Of a DNA stretch of 64,000 nt, positions 9,352 through 19,167 are shown in pieces. Every line of letters starts with the position of its first letter. Within the stretch, counting starts at the first letter, position 1. The position numbers were made by a program, and so were the translations under genes. Location: assembly GCA_963832835.1 (NCBI GenBank), contig CAWHVD010000001.1, positions 1,619,201 through 1,683,200 of the forward strand, given 5' to 3'. Under the pieces are notes generated by a model that was not told where the DNA came from, did not search any database, and worked only from the letters and a program-made list of their open reading frames with translations. This DNA is from an uncultured Chlamydiales bacterium (GTDB lineage: Bacteria; Chlamydiota; Chlamydiia; Chlamydiales; JAAKFR01).

Positions 9352-9433
9352 GTCATAAAGTTGAGGTTTTACTCTTGAACGAGCGTAGCGAGTTCCCTGG
9401 AGCGCTCAAAGGGATTTGCCTCAACTTTATGAC
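9352..9433. repeat. 82-bp interrupted inverted repeat immediately downstream of clpB
   Basis: Arms GTCATAAAGTTGAGG (9352-9366) and CCTCAACTTTATGAC (9419-9433) are perfectly complementary. The 52-nt interior contains a sub-hairpin (GAGCG...CGCTC). It begins 4 nt past the clpB stop. Confidence 0.7.
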
Positions 9434-9436
9434 GCC

Positions 9437-12034
9437 CTATACCGGCGCAAGCGATTCAAAAGCAATCTCGCTTCCCTTCATGTACAACCTAACATCGGTA
9501 TTGGGGAGAATCTTTCCCTCTAAGAGGGCTCTAGATAACTTGCCAATCACTTCGTGCTGGATGAGGCGTTTGAGGGGCCTGGCTCCAAATGCGGGGTCAT
9601 AACCCTCTTTAGCCAAATGGTGTATTACAGATTCGTCCCATGAAAGGTGGATGAAACGTTCACATAAACGGGCAACCACATAGTGCATTTGGATCTCGAC
9701 AATTTTGGCCATGTCCCGTTCATGCAGGGGTAGGAAAGGGAGAATTTCATCGAGACGGTTGAGGAACTCGGGACGAAAATGTTGAGCCAGGGTGGGCTCA
9801 ATGATGGCCAGCACTTCTTCTTTTGTCACTTCCCCACGGTGCTTTTCGAGCACCTCCATAAGTTGTTGGGAGCCTAGGTTTGAGGTCATAATAAATAGGG
9901 CATTGCGGCAATTCACGCGCCGCCCTTTACTATCGGTCAGGCGTCCCTCATCAAAAATTTGCAATAGAATATTGAAAACGTCATGATGAGCCTTTTCAAT
10001 CTCATCGAGAAGCACTACAGCATAAGGGCGGCGGCGGATTGCCTCTGTTAGCTGCCCACCTTCGTCGTAGCCAATATAACCAGGAGGAGAACCGATGAGT
10101 TTAGAGACGGTATGTTTTTCCATGTACTCGGACATGTCAAGACGGATCATCGCGTCTTCTTTATTAAAGAGCTGCTCAGCTAGGGCTTTGGCAAGCTCGG
10201 TTTTTCCGACACCTGTTGGACCTAAAAATAGAAAAACTCCAATGGGTCGGTTGGGATCGTTGAGTCCAGCCCGAGATGCCCTTATGGCATCACTGACAGC
10301 TTTCACAGCAAAGGGCTGGCCTACAACCCTTTTTTCGAGCGTTTCTTCCAGGTGAAGGAGCTTACCCGCTTCGCCCTCAAGCATCTTTTGCACAGGGATC
10401 CCTGTCCATTTGGCGACAATCTGGGCAATGAGTGATTCATCTACCTCTTCTTGAAGAAGGCGATTCTCCTTTTTGTTGAGCTCTTGGCCCATTTCCTCGA
10501 TCTCTTTTTGCAGGGCCGGAATCCGGCTGTAGCGTAGTTCTGCTACCTTATTGAAATCAGAAGCCCTTTCTGCCTCTTCTTCTTGAAAACGGAGCTTCTC
10601 GAGCAAATCTTTTTTCTCTTTAAGCGCTGTTAGAACCTTTTTCTCGTTGTCCCACCTTTGTCGCAAGAGCGCAAGCTCCTCTTTTAGATCGACAATTTTC
10701 TTCTCTAGTATTTTCACTTCGCTTTGAGCTGATGGGGTATCTTCATGTTTCAAAGCTTCCTGCTTCACAATCAACGAGGCCAGTTCACGTTCCTTCAAAT
10801 CAATGGGCAAAGGACGGGAGCCCAGTTGCATCCGGATCAAGCTGGCCGCCTCATCGATGAGGTCAATCGCTTTATCGGGCAAAAAGCGGTCAGCAATATA
10901 GCGGTTTGAAAGCATCACCGCGGCATGCAAGGCGCCTTCGGTGATGCGCACACCGTGATAGATCTCGTAGCGTTCCTTCAAACCACGCACAATCGCAATC
11001 GCATCTTCTAAAGAAGGCTCTGCAATATAAACAGGTTGGAAACGGCGCTCTAAAGCAGGATCTTTTTCGATATACTTTTGGTATTCGTTAAGTGTTGTCG
11101 CGCCGATACAATGGAGGGTGCCGCGTGCAAGTGCCGGTTTTAGAAGATTGGCCGCATCCATCGCTCCTTCAGCAGCTCCTGCGCCTACCAAAGTATGCAC
11201 CTCGTCGATGAACAGGATAATCCTACCCTCGCTCTTTTCGATCTCTTGCAAAATCGATTTAAGCCTCTCTTCGAATTCTCCGCGGAACTTCGTTCCGGCG
11301 ATCAAGCTTCCCATATCAAGAGCTACAAGCTCTTTATCTTTCAAAGAGTCTGGGACATCTTTTTGGAAAATCCGTTGAGCCAACCCCTCTGCAATTGCCG
11401 TTTTGCCCACCCCAGGCTCGCCGATAAGCATGGGGTTGTTTTTAGTACGGCGGCTGAGTACTTGGATCGTGCGGCGGATCTCTTCATCGCGCCCAATGAC
11501 AGGATCGAGCTTACCCTCTCGCGCAAGCTTTGAGTAGCTTTTGCAATATTTTTCTAAGCTTTTCATGCTCCCTTCGGCAGTGGGCGAATCCATATGACGC
11601 TCTCCTCGTATTTTTTGAACCGCTTCTTGAAGTTGTTTCAAGGATATACCCGTCTGTTTTTTCCAGGAAGCAAAAGGCTCTGCCGCTCCTTGCCAAAAAC
11701 TCAACAGGAAATGATCACTCGACACATAGGTGTCTTTCATTTCTTTGGCAAAATTCTGCGCTTCGCCCACACGGCTTTGCAGGCTTCTTGCCGCTTGTGG
11801 CTCGCCACCTTCTCCCGAAAAAGTAGGTAGCTTGGTAAGCGCTTGTTCTACTTGGGCCTTTAATAGTGCAGGATCTGCCTTAAGCTCGTTTAATAAAATG
11901 TTGAAATACCCTTGATGATCTTCTAGAAAGGATAAAAGCAGATGATTTTCAGAAACTTCGGTATTTTTTCTTGTCTGAGCAATTTGAAACGCCCCTTCCA
12001 GGGCCTTTTGGACAGCTTCGGAGTAGTCGGCCAT
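9437..12034 (-). CDS. clpB: ATP-dependent chaperone/disaggregase ClpB
   Basis: Two AAA+ modules ([18 protein letters not shown]) separated by a long coiled-coil M-domain. ATG at 12034 is preceded by GGAGGTG; the track start at 12046 is GTG. Confidence 0.95.
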   Translation of the reverse strand: MADYSEAVQKALEGAFQIAQTRKNTEVSENHLLLSFLEDHQGYFNILLNELKADPALLKAQVEQALTKLPTFSGEGGEPQAARSLQSRVGEAQNFAKEMKDTYVSSDHFLLSFWQGAAEPFASWKKQTGISLKQLQEAVQKIRGERHMDSPTAEGSMKSLEKYCKSYSKLAREGKLDPVIGRDEEIRRTIQVLSRRTKNNPMLIGEPGVGKTAIAEGLAQRIFQKDVPDSLKDKELVALDMGSLIAGTKFRGEFEERLKSILQEIEKSEGRIILFIDEVHTLVGAGAAEGAMDAANLLKPALARGTLHCIGATTLNEYQKYIEKDPALERRFQPVYIAEPSLEDAIAIVRGLKERYEIYHGVRITEGALHAAVMLSNRYIADRFLPDKAIDLIDEAASLIRMQLGSRPLPIDLKERELASLIVKQEALKHEDTPSAQSEVKILEKKIVDLKEELALLRQRWDNEKKVLTALKEKKDLLEKLRFQEEEAERASDFNKVAELRYSRIPALQKEIEEMGQELNKKENRLLQEEVDESLIAQIVAKWTGIPVQKMLEGEAGKLLHLEETLEKRVVGQPFAVKAVSDAIRASRAGLNDPNRPIGVFLFLGPTGVGKTELAKALAEQLFNKEDAMIRLDMSEYMEKHTVSKLIGSPPGYIGYDEGGQLTEAIRRRPYAVVLLDEIEKAHHDVFNILLQIFDEGRLTDSKGRRVNCRNALFIMTSNLGSQQLMEVLEKHRGEVTKEEVLAIIEPTLAQHFRPEFLNRLDEILPFLPLHERDMAKIVEIQMHYVVARLCERFIHLSWDESVIHHLAKEGYDPAFGARPLKRLIQHEVIGKLSRALLEGKILPNTDVRLYMKGSEIAFESLAPV

Positions 12035-12060
12035 GTTCACCTCCACATCAATGATTCCAC

Positions 12061-12089
12061 ACTATACCATAAAGGTTTTTTAGCGCTAA
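12061..12089 (-). promoter_or_regulatory. Candidate sigma-70-type promoter for clpB
   Basis: On the minus strand, TTAGCG - 17 nt - TATAGT lies about 25 nt upstream of the clpB RBS. Motif match only. Confidence 0.3.
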
Positions 12090-12140
12090 AGGAGCCTTGC
12101 GAAAACCGACCAAAATAAGACATGTCGTATAACGATCGTT

Positions 12141-12677
12141 ATGAAAAGGATCTATCAGGAGCTCATCGCCCACCACCTCACTGAGTATCGTCAAATGGTT
12201 TTTTTGATGGGACCCAGGCAAGTGGGAAAACCATCATTACTTCAATTGGGATAATTCTGCACAGAGGTTGCTCTTTATAGAGGGACCTCAAGCTATTGCC
12301 AAGCAGGTTGGGCTCGAAGAATTGAGTGACAAGATACCTATCCTGATTTTTGATGAGATCCACAAATTTGAAAAATGGAAAAACTTCCTCTTTGGAATGA
12401 TCGAGGGTTTGGAGAATATGGCCTTTATTATTTACGTACGAAGGACAAAATCGAGGTCGACTTCTTGGTTACAAAGAATGAAAAACCGTGGTTCCTAGCC
12501 GAGGTTAAAACAAAAGCAAAAGGGATCTCTTCAGCGCTCTATCATTTCCAAAATGAAACGGGGGCAATGCACGCTTTTCAAGTAGCCTTTGATCTTCCCT
12601 TTGTGAATAAAAACTGCTTCGATGAAAATAACTCCATTCTTGTGCCAGCCCAAACTTTGCTTTCACAACTTGTTTAA
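12141..12677 (+). pseudogene. Degraded AAA+ ATPase gene (DUF4143-type ATP-binding protein) remnant
   Basis: ATG 12141 encodes MKRIYQELIAHHLTEYRQMVFLMGPRQVGKPSLLQLG then a stop (Walker A remnant). Later fragments in two other frames carry ILIFDEIHKFEKWKNFL (Walker B region) and a C-terminal YLRTKDKIEVDFLV...EVK module. Total length is far short of an intact homolog. Confidence 0.7.
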
Positions 12678-13840
12678 ATCCAAACAAGTAAGCTTTTTAA
12701 GTAGGCGCTTTCGGGATGAAAAAGGTTTTCAGGATGATCACAAGCAAGCCTATGGCGGCCAACGACACGAAGAGCCCTTCCCTCTTCAAGAGCCGCTTCT
12801 CGCACGCAATTTTCAAATAGCTCTTCGGAGATGTAGTGAGAGCACGAGGAGACAAGTAGGTAACTTGCCTTTGGCATTGTGCGTAATGCTTGGCAGAAAA
12901 TCCGCTTGTAACCTTTACACGCCGCAACAATATCTTTTTTCTTTTTGGCAAAAGCCGGAGGGTCGAGGATGACTAGATCATAATCACATGCATGCTGGTC
13001 CAGAAAATCAAAAACATCGGCCTGATGAAACCCGTGTTCACTGGTGTTGAACCCATTCAAAGCAACGTTTTCATGGCATAGCCCCATAGCGGAGCCCGAT
13101 ATATCGACCGAATCCACGCGCGCAGCACCACCTGCCAGAGCGGCTAAAGAAAAGCCACCTGTATAGCAAAACCCGTTTAATACTTTTTTGTCATGAGCAA
13201 GCTCTCTGACCCACTTACGCATTTCACGTTGATCGAGAAAAAAACCTGTTTTCTGCCCTTTCTTGATATCGACAATGTAACGGATGCCCTCTTCAAGAAT
13301 CTCCACGCGGTCCGGGATGTCTCCCCATAGTACTTCCTCACGTGGTTTTATCCCCTCTTCTTTGAGCGAACCTCCTGACGATTTATCATAAACGCCTTTA
13401 ATCTCTAGGCGATCTTTCAACTGCTCTATGAACCAGGGAAGCAATGTGCGCATCCCCAGCGCTCCTGTTTGCATCACGAGGTAAGGCCCATATTTATCGA
13501 TAATCAATCCCGGCAAACCATCCCCTTCTCCGTTCACGAGCCGAAATGCTGTCGTGCGTTTAGACGCCAGCAAAGCTGCTCTTAATGCTAATGCCTCTTC
13601 TAATGTCCTTGTGAGCGCGGCATACACTTCTGCATCGCCAAAACTCACGACCCGACCCGCAAGTGACACTTTTCTATTAAAAAAGCCGTGCCCTATCAGC
13701 CTCCCCTCAGCGCTGCGGATCGCTACAAGCTCACCATCTACATACCCATCAGGGTACGACGCTACGGCCCCGGAAAAAATCCAGTGGTGTCTTTGTGTGA
13801 CGGCCCACTCCCTTCCTTTATTTAAAATTACTGCCTTCAT
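12674..13840 (-). CDS. rlmI: 23S rRNA (cytosine-C5) methyltransferase RlmI-like (PUA + class I SAM MTase)
   Basis: N-terminal MKAVILNKGRE...HHWIF resembles the RlmI N-terminus. SAM-MTase motifs are present, including LDPPAFAK. ATG at 13840; the track start at 13858 is TTG. Confidence 0.8.
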   Translation of the reverse strand: MKAVILNKGREWAVTQRHHWIFSGAVASYPDGYVDGELVAIRSAEGRLIGHGFFNRKVSLAGRVVSFGDAEVYAALTRTLEEALALRAALLASKRTTAFRLVNGEGDGLPGLIIDKYGPYLVMQTGALGMRTLLPWFIEQLKDRLEIKGVYDKSSGGSLKEEGIKPREEVLWGDIPDRVEILEEGIRYIVDIKKGQKTGFFLDQREMRKWVRELAHDKKVLNGFCYTGGFSLAALAGGAARVDSVDISGSAMGLCHENVALNGFNTSEHGFHQADVFDFLDQHACDYDLVILDPPAFAKKKKDIVAACKGYKRIFCQALRTMPKASYLLVSSCSHYISEELFENCVREAALEEGRALRVVGRHRLACDHPENLFHPESAYLKSLLVWI

Positions 13841-13960
13841 GCAAGTGATTCTAGTCAAAAAATATTAATGTTACGTTAAGATCTGAAAAGTGAAATGAAA
13901 AGTGAAAAGTGAAGCGGGCGGTTCGGAATTAAAAGCCCGCCCATTAAAGGGCTCGAGTTT

Positions 13961-14122
13961 ATATCATTTCCAGAAAATAAAGTCATGAATTGGTACTGGG
14001 TAACATGACAGATTTGGATGATCGTTTCGAAGCCTATGTTTTTGCACCTAAGCGAGAAAGAATCGTTCAAAAACGGCGTGTTATAAGTGCCACTTCATGA
14101 CTTTATTTTCTGGAAATGGTAT
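13961..14122 (+). mobile_element. 163-bp MITE-like palindromic element, copy 4
   Basis: Same family. Left tip is ATATCATTTCC. Flanked by TTA/TTA. Intergenic between rlmI and the GGDEF-EAL gene. Confidence 0.9.
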
Positions 14123-14333
14123 TATTAGCTATCAGAGCATCAAGCGATGAGTCTCATTTTATTTTAAGGCAAGATATGGAGCGCTTTAGAGCCGAAGGAC
14201 ACATTATACGCATCCTCAATCTTGAAGAATGCAAGTCATTCACGTTAGGAAAGCTTATGAACACTACTGAAAGCCTCAAAAAGCTGAAGGAAAAAAGCAG
14301 TCCTCCTCAGGATAAGGAAGGAAAAAGGTGCGA

Positions 14334-16568
14334 TCAACACTTCACGTGAATGCCATCCTTCAATAAAAGGGTGTAGGCATTTGCATCAATAGGTTTGCTG
14401 AAATAAAATCCTTGCATTTCATCGCACTGATTTTCTAAAAGAAAGCGATATTGCTGTTCAGTCTCAACACCTTCGGCAACCACCTTCATGTTAAGGCTAT
14501 GAGCCATTGAAATGATCGCTAGGATAATAGGGGTTTCAATAGGATCTGTCTCTATGTTCCCAATGAAACTTTTATCTATTTTAAGTTTTGTAATTGGATA
14601 ATGCATCAAGTAATTTAAGTTTGAATATCCTATTCCAAAATCATCAATTACAAAAGAGACGCCCCTATCCCGAAGGCTTTTAAAAATCCCTTTAATTTCA
14701 TCAGAGCTTTCCATCAAAACATTTTCGGTCAATTCAAGCTCCAGATACTTTCCTTCATAGCCTATTTCATCCAAAACTTTCTCAATCATTTTGATGGAGT
14801 CAACATTTTTTACCTGGTATCCAGACAAGTTAACGGCAATAGGAACGAGGGGCAAACCATTCTTTTGCCACTGCAAATTCTGTTCGCAAGCCGTACGTAG
14901 TACCCATTCACCAATAGGAATAATCAATCCTGTCTCTTCAGCAATCGAAATAAATTTCTGTGGTGCGATCATGCCCAGTTGGGGATGCCGCCACCTCAAA
15001 AGGGCTTCTGTTGCCCTGAATGTCTGGGTCTGAACATCCAGGATGGGTTGATAATAGAGGAGCAGCTCGCCCAGCTTATAGGCAAGGATTAAATTTTGCT
15101 CCATGTCTAAAAGCTCTCTCACTTGAGAATTCATATCGTCGGTATAATACTGAAATGTATTTTTACCCATCGCCTTAGCTCTGTACATGGCTGCATCGGC
15201 ATTTTTGAGCAATTCGTCTGCAGTAGTGCCATTTTTTGGGAAAAAACTGATGCCTAAGCTGGGGGTTATGGATAATTGTTGATTATTAATCATAAAAGGC
15301 GTACGGAATGCTTCTTGTATTCTTTTGACGGTAAAAAAAGAAAGGTTTTTGTCCTGCATGCCAGGCAAAATTAAAACAAATTCATCCCCTCCAACCCGGC
15401 ATAGAGTGTCCGATGCTCGTTTACAGCCCAGTAATCTTTCAGCTACCACAGTCAAAAGCTCGTCCCCAAAATTATGTCCCAGACTGTCGTTGACAATTTT
15501 AAAACGGTCCAAATCCAGGAAGATGACGGCAATTTGTGTTTTATCCCTTTCAGCCTGAAAAATCGCCTGCTGCAAGCGGTCGACAAGCAACATGCGATTG
15601 GGTAAATGGGTTAATGGGTCATGGGTAGCCTGAAAGGTAAGCTGCTCTTCAAAATACCGTTGTTCGGTAACATCGCGAAAATTTAATACTCTTCCGATAA
15701 TATGTCGTTCCAATTGCAACGGACGGGTATAGAATTCAAGAACTTTCCCATTTTTTAAATGGAGTTCCAATCTTAATTCACCGTAAGCCGTTTCATCAAA
15801 ATTATAAATTAAATCTTCAAATGTGGGTTTCACAATATGCCCATCCTCCACATTGGAAACGATAAAAGCGATGAACTCAGAAGTATCTTTATGCTTTAGA
15901 ATAGGCTCAATCCCCTCATTGTTCCCTGTCAGATTGCTCCAAAGCTTTTGAAAATTCAGGTTATAGTCAATGATTTTAGATTCCTTGCTGATTACCAGGA
16001 TACCATCGGTTGTCGCTTCAAGAGTTGCTCGAATCTCCGCTGTCCTCTCTTCGACCATCGATTGGAGACAATCGAGCTTAAAACGACTTTGCTGCAATAG
16101 TTTCCATTTTTCTTGTAGAGCACTGGCCAGTTGATGCACTTCAATGCTGTCGAAGGGCTTTTTCAAAATCAGCACGCGGTCGCTCCATCCGAGCCTTTTA
16201 GTCATCTCATGCCACGTGTAATCACTATACGCAGTGCAGATAACAGTCTGAATATCCGAATCAACTGCTAAAATCTTTTCGATTGTCTCAACTCCATCCC
16301 AGCCGGGAGGCATGCGAATATCAACAAAAGCGAGAAAATAAGGGCGCTTCTCTTCTAAAGATTTTTGAACCTTCTGAAGACCTTCCTCTCCTTGGAAGGC
16401 TGAATCAATATCATACTCAGGGGTCTTGGTACTTTGTTCGTTTTCCCCAAAGACCGCTTCTTTTAGGCTACTCAAATGCTCATCGGAAGCTGCCAAAACC
16501 TTGCGGTAATCATTATGGATGTCTTTGTTATCATCAATAATAAGGATACGATTCGCATAAGATTCCAT
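14334..16568 (-). CDS. Response regulator with REC-PAS-GGDEF-EAL domains (putative bifunctional diguanylate cyclase/phosphodiesterase)
   Basis: REC domain (FVDIRMPPGWDG). I-site RASD followed by RVGGDEF. EAL motifs are all intact: EALLRW, ELTE, DDFGIGYS, KIDKSF, AEGVET, QGFYFSKP. ATG directly abuts the upstream kinase stop (TAAATG). Confidence 0.9.
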   Translation of the reverse strand: MESYANRILIIDDNKDIHNDYRKVLAASDEHLSSLKEAVFGENEQSTKTPEYDIDSAFQGEEGLQKVQKSLEEKRPYFLAFVDIRMPPGWDGVETIEKILAVDSDIQTVICTAYSDYTWHEMTKRLGWSDRVLILKKPFDSIEVHQLASALQEKWKLLQQSRFKLDCLQSMVEERTAEIRATLEATTDGILVISKESKIIDYNLNFQKLWSNLTGNNEGIEPILKHKDTSEFIAFIVSNVEDGHIVKPTFEDLIYNFDETAYGELRLELHLKNGKVLEFYTRPLQLERHIIGRVLNFRDVTEQRYFEEQLTFQATHDPLTHLPNRMLLVDRLQQAIFQAERDKTQIAVIFLDLDRFKIVNDSLGHNFGDELLTVVAERLLGCKRASDTLCRVGGDEFVLILPGMQDKNLSFFTVKRIQEAFRTPFMINNQQLSITPSLGISFFPKNGTTADELLKNADAAMYRAKAMGKNTFQYYTDDMNSQVRELLDMEQNLILAYKLGELLLYYQPILDVQTQTFRATEALLRWRHPQLGMIAPQKFISIAEETGLIIPIGEWVLRTACEQNLQWQKNGLPLVPIAVNLSGYQVKNVDSIKMIEKVLDEIGYEGKYLELELTENVLMESSDEIKGIFKSLRDRGVSFVIDDFGIGYSNLNYLMHYPITKLKIDKSFIGNIETDPIETPIILAIISMAHSLNMKVVAEGVETEQQYRFLLENQCDEMQGFYFSKPIDANAYTLLLKDGIHVKC

Positions 16569-17951
16569 TTAAGCCTGAATTTGTAAGTTTAACGTGAAGG
16601 TTGCTCCTTTTGCAGGACCGTAGCTTTGACAGGATAATTTACCCCCCATCTCCTTTGCTAAAAGCGCACATGTGTGCAGGCCAAAACCATGGCCTTCCTT
16701 CTTGGTTGTAAAACCAAAAGAAAATATATCTGGGAGATGCTCGCTTGTAATTCCCATTCCATTATCAACTAATTCAATTTGACATGTATTTTTATCTTTA
16801 ATCATTGTGCGGAAAATCAATTGTTTCTGAGGCGGACATTTTTCTTTCAAAGAATCGAGAGCATTACGGATAAGGTTCACCAAAATCTGAAGGAGTCTAG
16901 CTCGATCGATAGAAATCTCTGGTGCTGGGGCATATTCTCGAATGATTTTAACATTATATTTTTGGAATTCCTTTGAATGCATGGAAATTAATTCGTCCAA
17001 TAGTTCATTAATGGATACTTTTTCTTTAATCCCAAGAATGATACCCGTCGCTTGCTGGACTGTGATGATACTTTTAATATGCTGGACATTTTTTTCTAAC
17101 AAATCCAGCTCATTCAAGTTTCTTTGATTTTCTTTTTCCCAACATTCGGAAAGGGCTATTAACAAATCAGGTAAACGATTACCCCTGGGGTCTTTTTCTA
17201 TATAGGTACCCAAATCATCCTTATGCTCTCTGATCAAATTGGCGATTTTCGGCAGGCTCCGAAGCTCTGTATGACAAACATTTTCTCGAAGAAGACCCAC
17301 TGAAACATTAACCGTTGTCAAGACATTGCCGACATTATGCAATACACTTGTCGCCATTTCCATCATGCCGATCTGCCTGGCAGCTGTTGCTAATTGTTTC
17401 TGCAGTTGAAGCTCCCTTAGTTGGGATTGTTCTTGTTCCTTCCGCAGCGTGATATCGCGCAATATATAAATTCTCAATTTTTTTTGGCCAACAGTGACCT
17501 CAGAGGTTGAGAGCTCAATAGTTAATGGCAAGCCATCCGGCTGTTTTAATGAGGAGAGCTCGTATAAACCATGACTTGATGGCAGGATAGTCAATGTTGG
17601 CATATCTTTTCCGATAAGCTCAGTCTCAGCGCCGAAGCCTAAATAGCGGGCAGCTATATAATTGCAAATCTCAATTTTTTGGTTTTCATTGATGACCAAA
17701 ATGCCATCTGATGCAGCTTCCAAAATGGAGTGTAAGAAATATTCCTTCGCTTTAAGCGCATCTCCTGCTTCTAGTAGTTCTTGAGTGCTGATTTCTAACG
17801 ATTGTTTTCCTAAAGCATGGTCGCGTTCATAGTGTTCATAGGAACGGTTAATGGCATCCAAGAGATCTTTTAGGCCTGGAGTTAAAGAGGTGTCGGTCTT
17901 TAAATACCGTTTCAACTGTCTTGTCAGTAAATTTGTATATTTAGAGTCCAA
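16569..17951 (-). CDS. PAS-domain sensor histidine kinase (atypical H-box SVLHNVGNVL)
   Basis: PAS region, H-box ATSVLHNVGNVL (His codon near 17337-17339), N-box LVNLIRNALDS, G-boxes DNGMGI and GHGFGLH. The only available start is TTG at 17951, 1 nt after the FIST gene stop. Confidence 0.85.
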   Translation of the reverse strand: MDSKYTNLLTRQLKRYLKTDTSLTPGLKDLLDAINRSYEHYERDHALGKQSLEISTQELLEAGDALKAKEYFLHSILEAASDGILVINENQKIEICNYIAARYLGFGAETELIGKDMPTLTILPSSHGLYELSSLKQPDGLPLTIELSTSEVTVGQKKLRIYILRDITLRKEQEQSQLRELQLQKQLATAARQIGMMEMATSVLHNVGNVLTTVNVSVGLLRENVCHTELRSLPKIANLIREHKDDLGTYIEKDPRGNRLPDLLIALSECWEKENQRNLNELDLLEKNVQHIKSIITVQQATGIILGIKEKVSINELLDELISMHSKEFQKYNVKIIREYAPAPEISIDRARLLQILVNLIRNALDSLKEKCPPQKQLIFRTMIKDKNTCQIELVDNGMGITSEHLPDIFSFGFTTKKEGHGFGLHTCALLAKEMGGKLSCQSYGPAKGATFTLNLQIQA

Positions 17952-17952
17952 A

Positions 17953-19101
17953 TTACTTCTCTACAATGGTCGTAATGGTCATCGTTTGGTTGTGGAGCTT
18001 ACAATTGGCCAAAGGAGCTGTTGGAGCAATTTCTCCGTAAGAATAAAATCCGGCGATCGTTGTTTCATTCCCAATGAGATCTTTAACAATTTCGATCTCT
18101 TCTTCGGCACGGGGGCCTAAAACAATACGACGGCCTACACAACTGATCAAAATAGCTAGATCTGGGGTTTCCCTGTCCACCATTTCCAAACTATACAAAG
18201 CTGCGCGAAAGGCCCCGTCCACAAGACGATCGAAATTCGCTTTCATGAGTTGTGCATACCATCCTTCGGGCATGTTGCCGGCAAATACCATCCCTTGGTT
18301 TTTTTCATCAATGCTTAAAATTGTCCGAACAAGGGCCCTAGATTGTCTATCGGGCCGGATTGCAAGAGGAAAGAGCATAGCCGAACTGGGAAGCTCTCTG
18401 GCTTGTTCACCTAAGTATTTTTTATAAAGATCAAGCGCTGATTTGTTATCTAATTCGTAGAGAATATTCGATGAGGAGCGCGTAATTTTTCTTTCGATCC
18501 CAAAAGGATCCCACCCACCTACAGAGCCACATCCAAATTTAAGATGAGAGCTATAAAAACCAACGATGACAATTTCACCTTCTTGCGGAGGGGCATTTGC
18601 ACCCACAACTGTTTTTTCAAAACGGGTGCCATCACCGGCTAGCCCTCCTGTGATGCTTACAGATTTGGGAAGAGTTCCTGATAAGCCCTTGATCAGATCA
18701 CTTCCATTGACAAGATGCCCATCAGCAAACAAAAATACGTGCTTTAAGCCATTTTTAGGCAGCTTTTTCCCCAATTTCTCTCCGGCAAGGGAGCTATTTC
18801 CTGCTTCGGAGAGGCTAATCCTGTGAACTTGCAATTCTAAAGGTTTTTCAAAAAAAATTGCGGTTACAACAATTGATGCATCATCCAGGTTTGTTCCTTT
18901 AATATTGCCAGCAGTAGAGGCTAAAATGATATGCGCATGCGGAAAGGCATCTTTCAATTCTTCAAATCTTTTTGGATCACTTAAGATAAACCGGTCACCG
19001 AATGCAAAGACAAGTTGAATGTTTTTTTTATCTAGAGAAGAAGTATCCTCAGACCATCCTTTGTCTTGGGACCATTTTTGCTGTAGAATTTTCACAGGCA
19101 T
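17953..19101 (-). CDS. FIST-domain (FIST_N + FIST_C) sensory protein
   Basis: Length and motifs match FIST proteins. The C-terminal IAGFYSYGEIAP...LHNQTMT is characteristic of FIST_C. Confidence 0.8.
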   Translation of the reverse strand: MPVKILQQKWSQDKGWSEDTSSLDKKNIQLVFAFGDRFILSDPKRFEELKDAFPHAHIILASTAGNIKGTNLDDASIVVTAIFFEKPLELQVHRISLSEAGNSSLAGEKLGKKLPKNGLKHVFLFADGHLVNGSDLIKGLSGTLPKSVSITGGLAGDGTRFEKTVVGANAPPQEGEIVIVGFYSSHLKFGCGSVGGWDPFGIERKITRSSSNILYELDNKSALDLYKKYLGEQARELPSSAMLFPLAIRPDRQSRALVRTILSIDEKNQGMVFAGNMPEGWYAQLMKANFDRLVDGAFRAALYSLEMVDRETPDLAILISCVGRRIVLGPRAEEEIEIVKDLIGNETTIAGFYSYGEIAPTAPLANCKLHNQTMTITTIVEK

Positions 19102-19167
19102 CCTTGTTTGCTAAAAGATTAATTATACTGAAAAAGAAAAAAAGTACTAGCACGTGTTTTATCTCGG

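Noticed and set aside
9792-11915. Many 60-110-aa plus-strand ORFs inside clpB, and similar antisense ORFs within GSIII, the 1255-aa gene, sthA and others.
   Set aside because: They lie antisense to strongly supported long genes, have no independent motifs, and are typical shadow ORFs.
12047-12140. A CIRCE/HrcA operator upstream of clpB (TTAGCGCTAAAGGAGCC resembles half of TTAGCACTC).
   Set aside because: Only one degenerate half-site is present and there is no N9-spaced inverted partner. It is better explained as the -35 region of a candidate promoter.
14116-14349. A 77-aa ORF starting at the ATG of the MITE copy 4 tip.
   Set aside because: It starts in the element tip, has no RBS, has low-complexity content, and occupies the 3' flank of the GGDEF-EAL gene. 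It is probably non-coding, though MITE-driven expression cannot be excluded.
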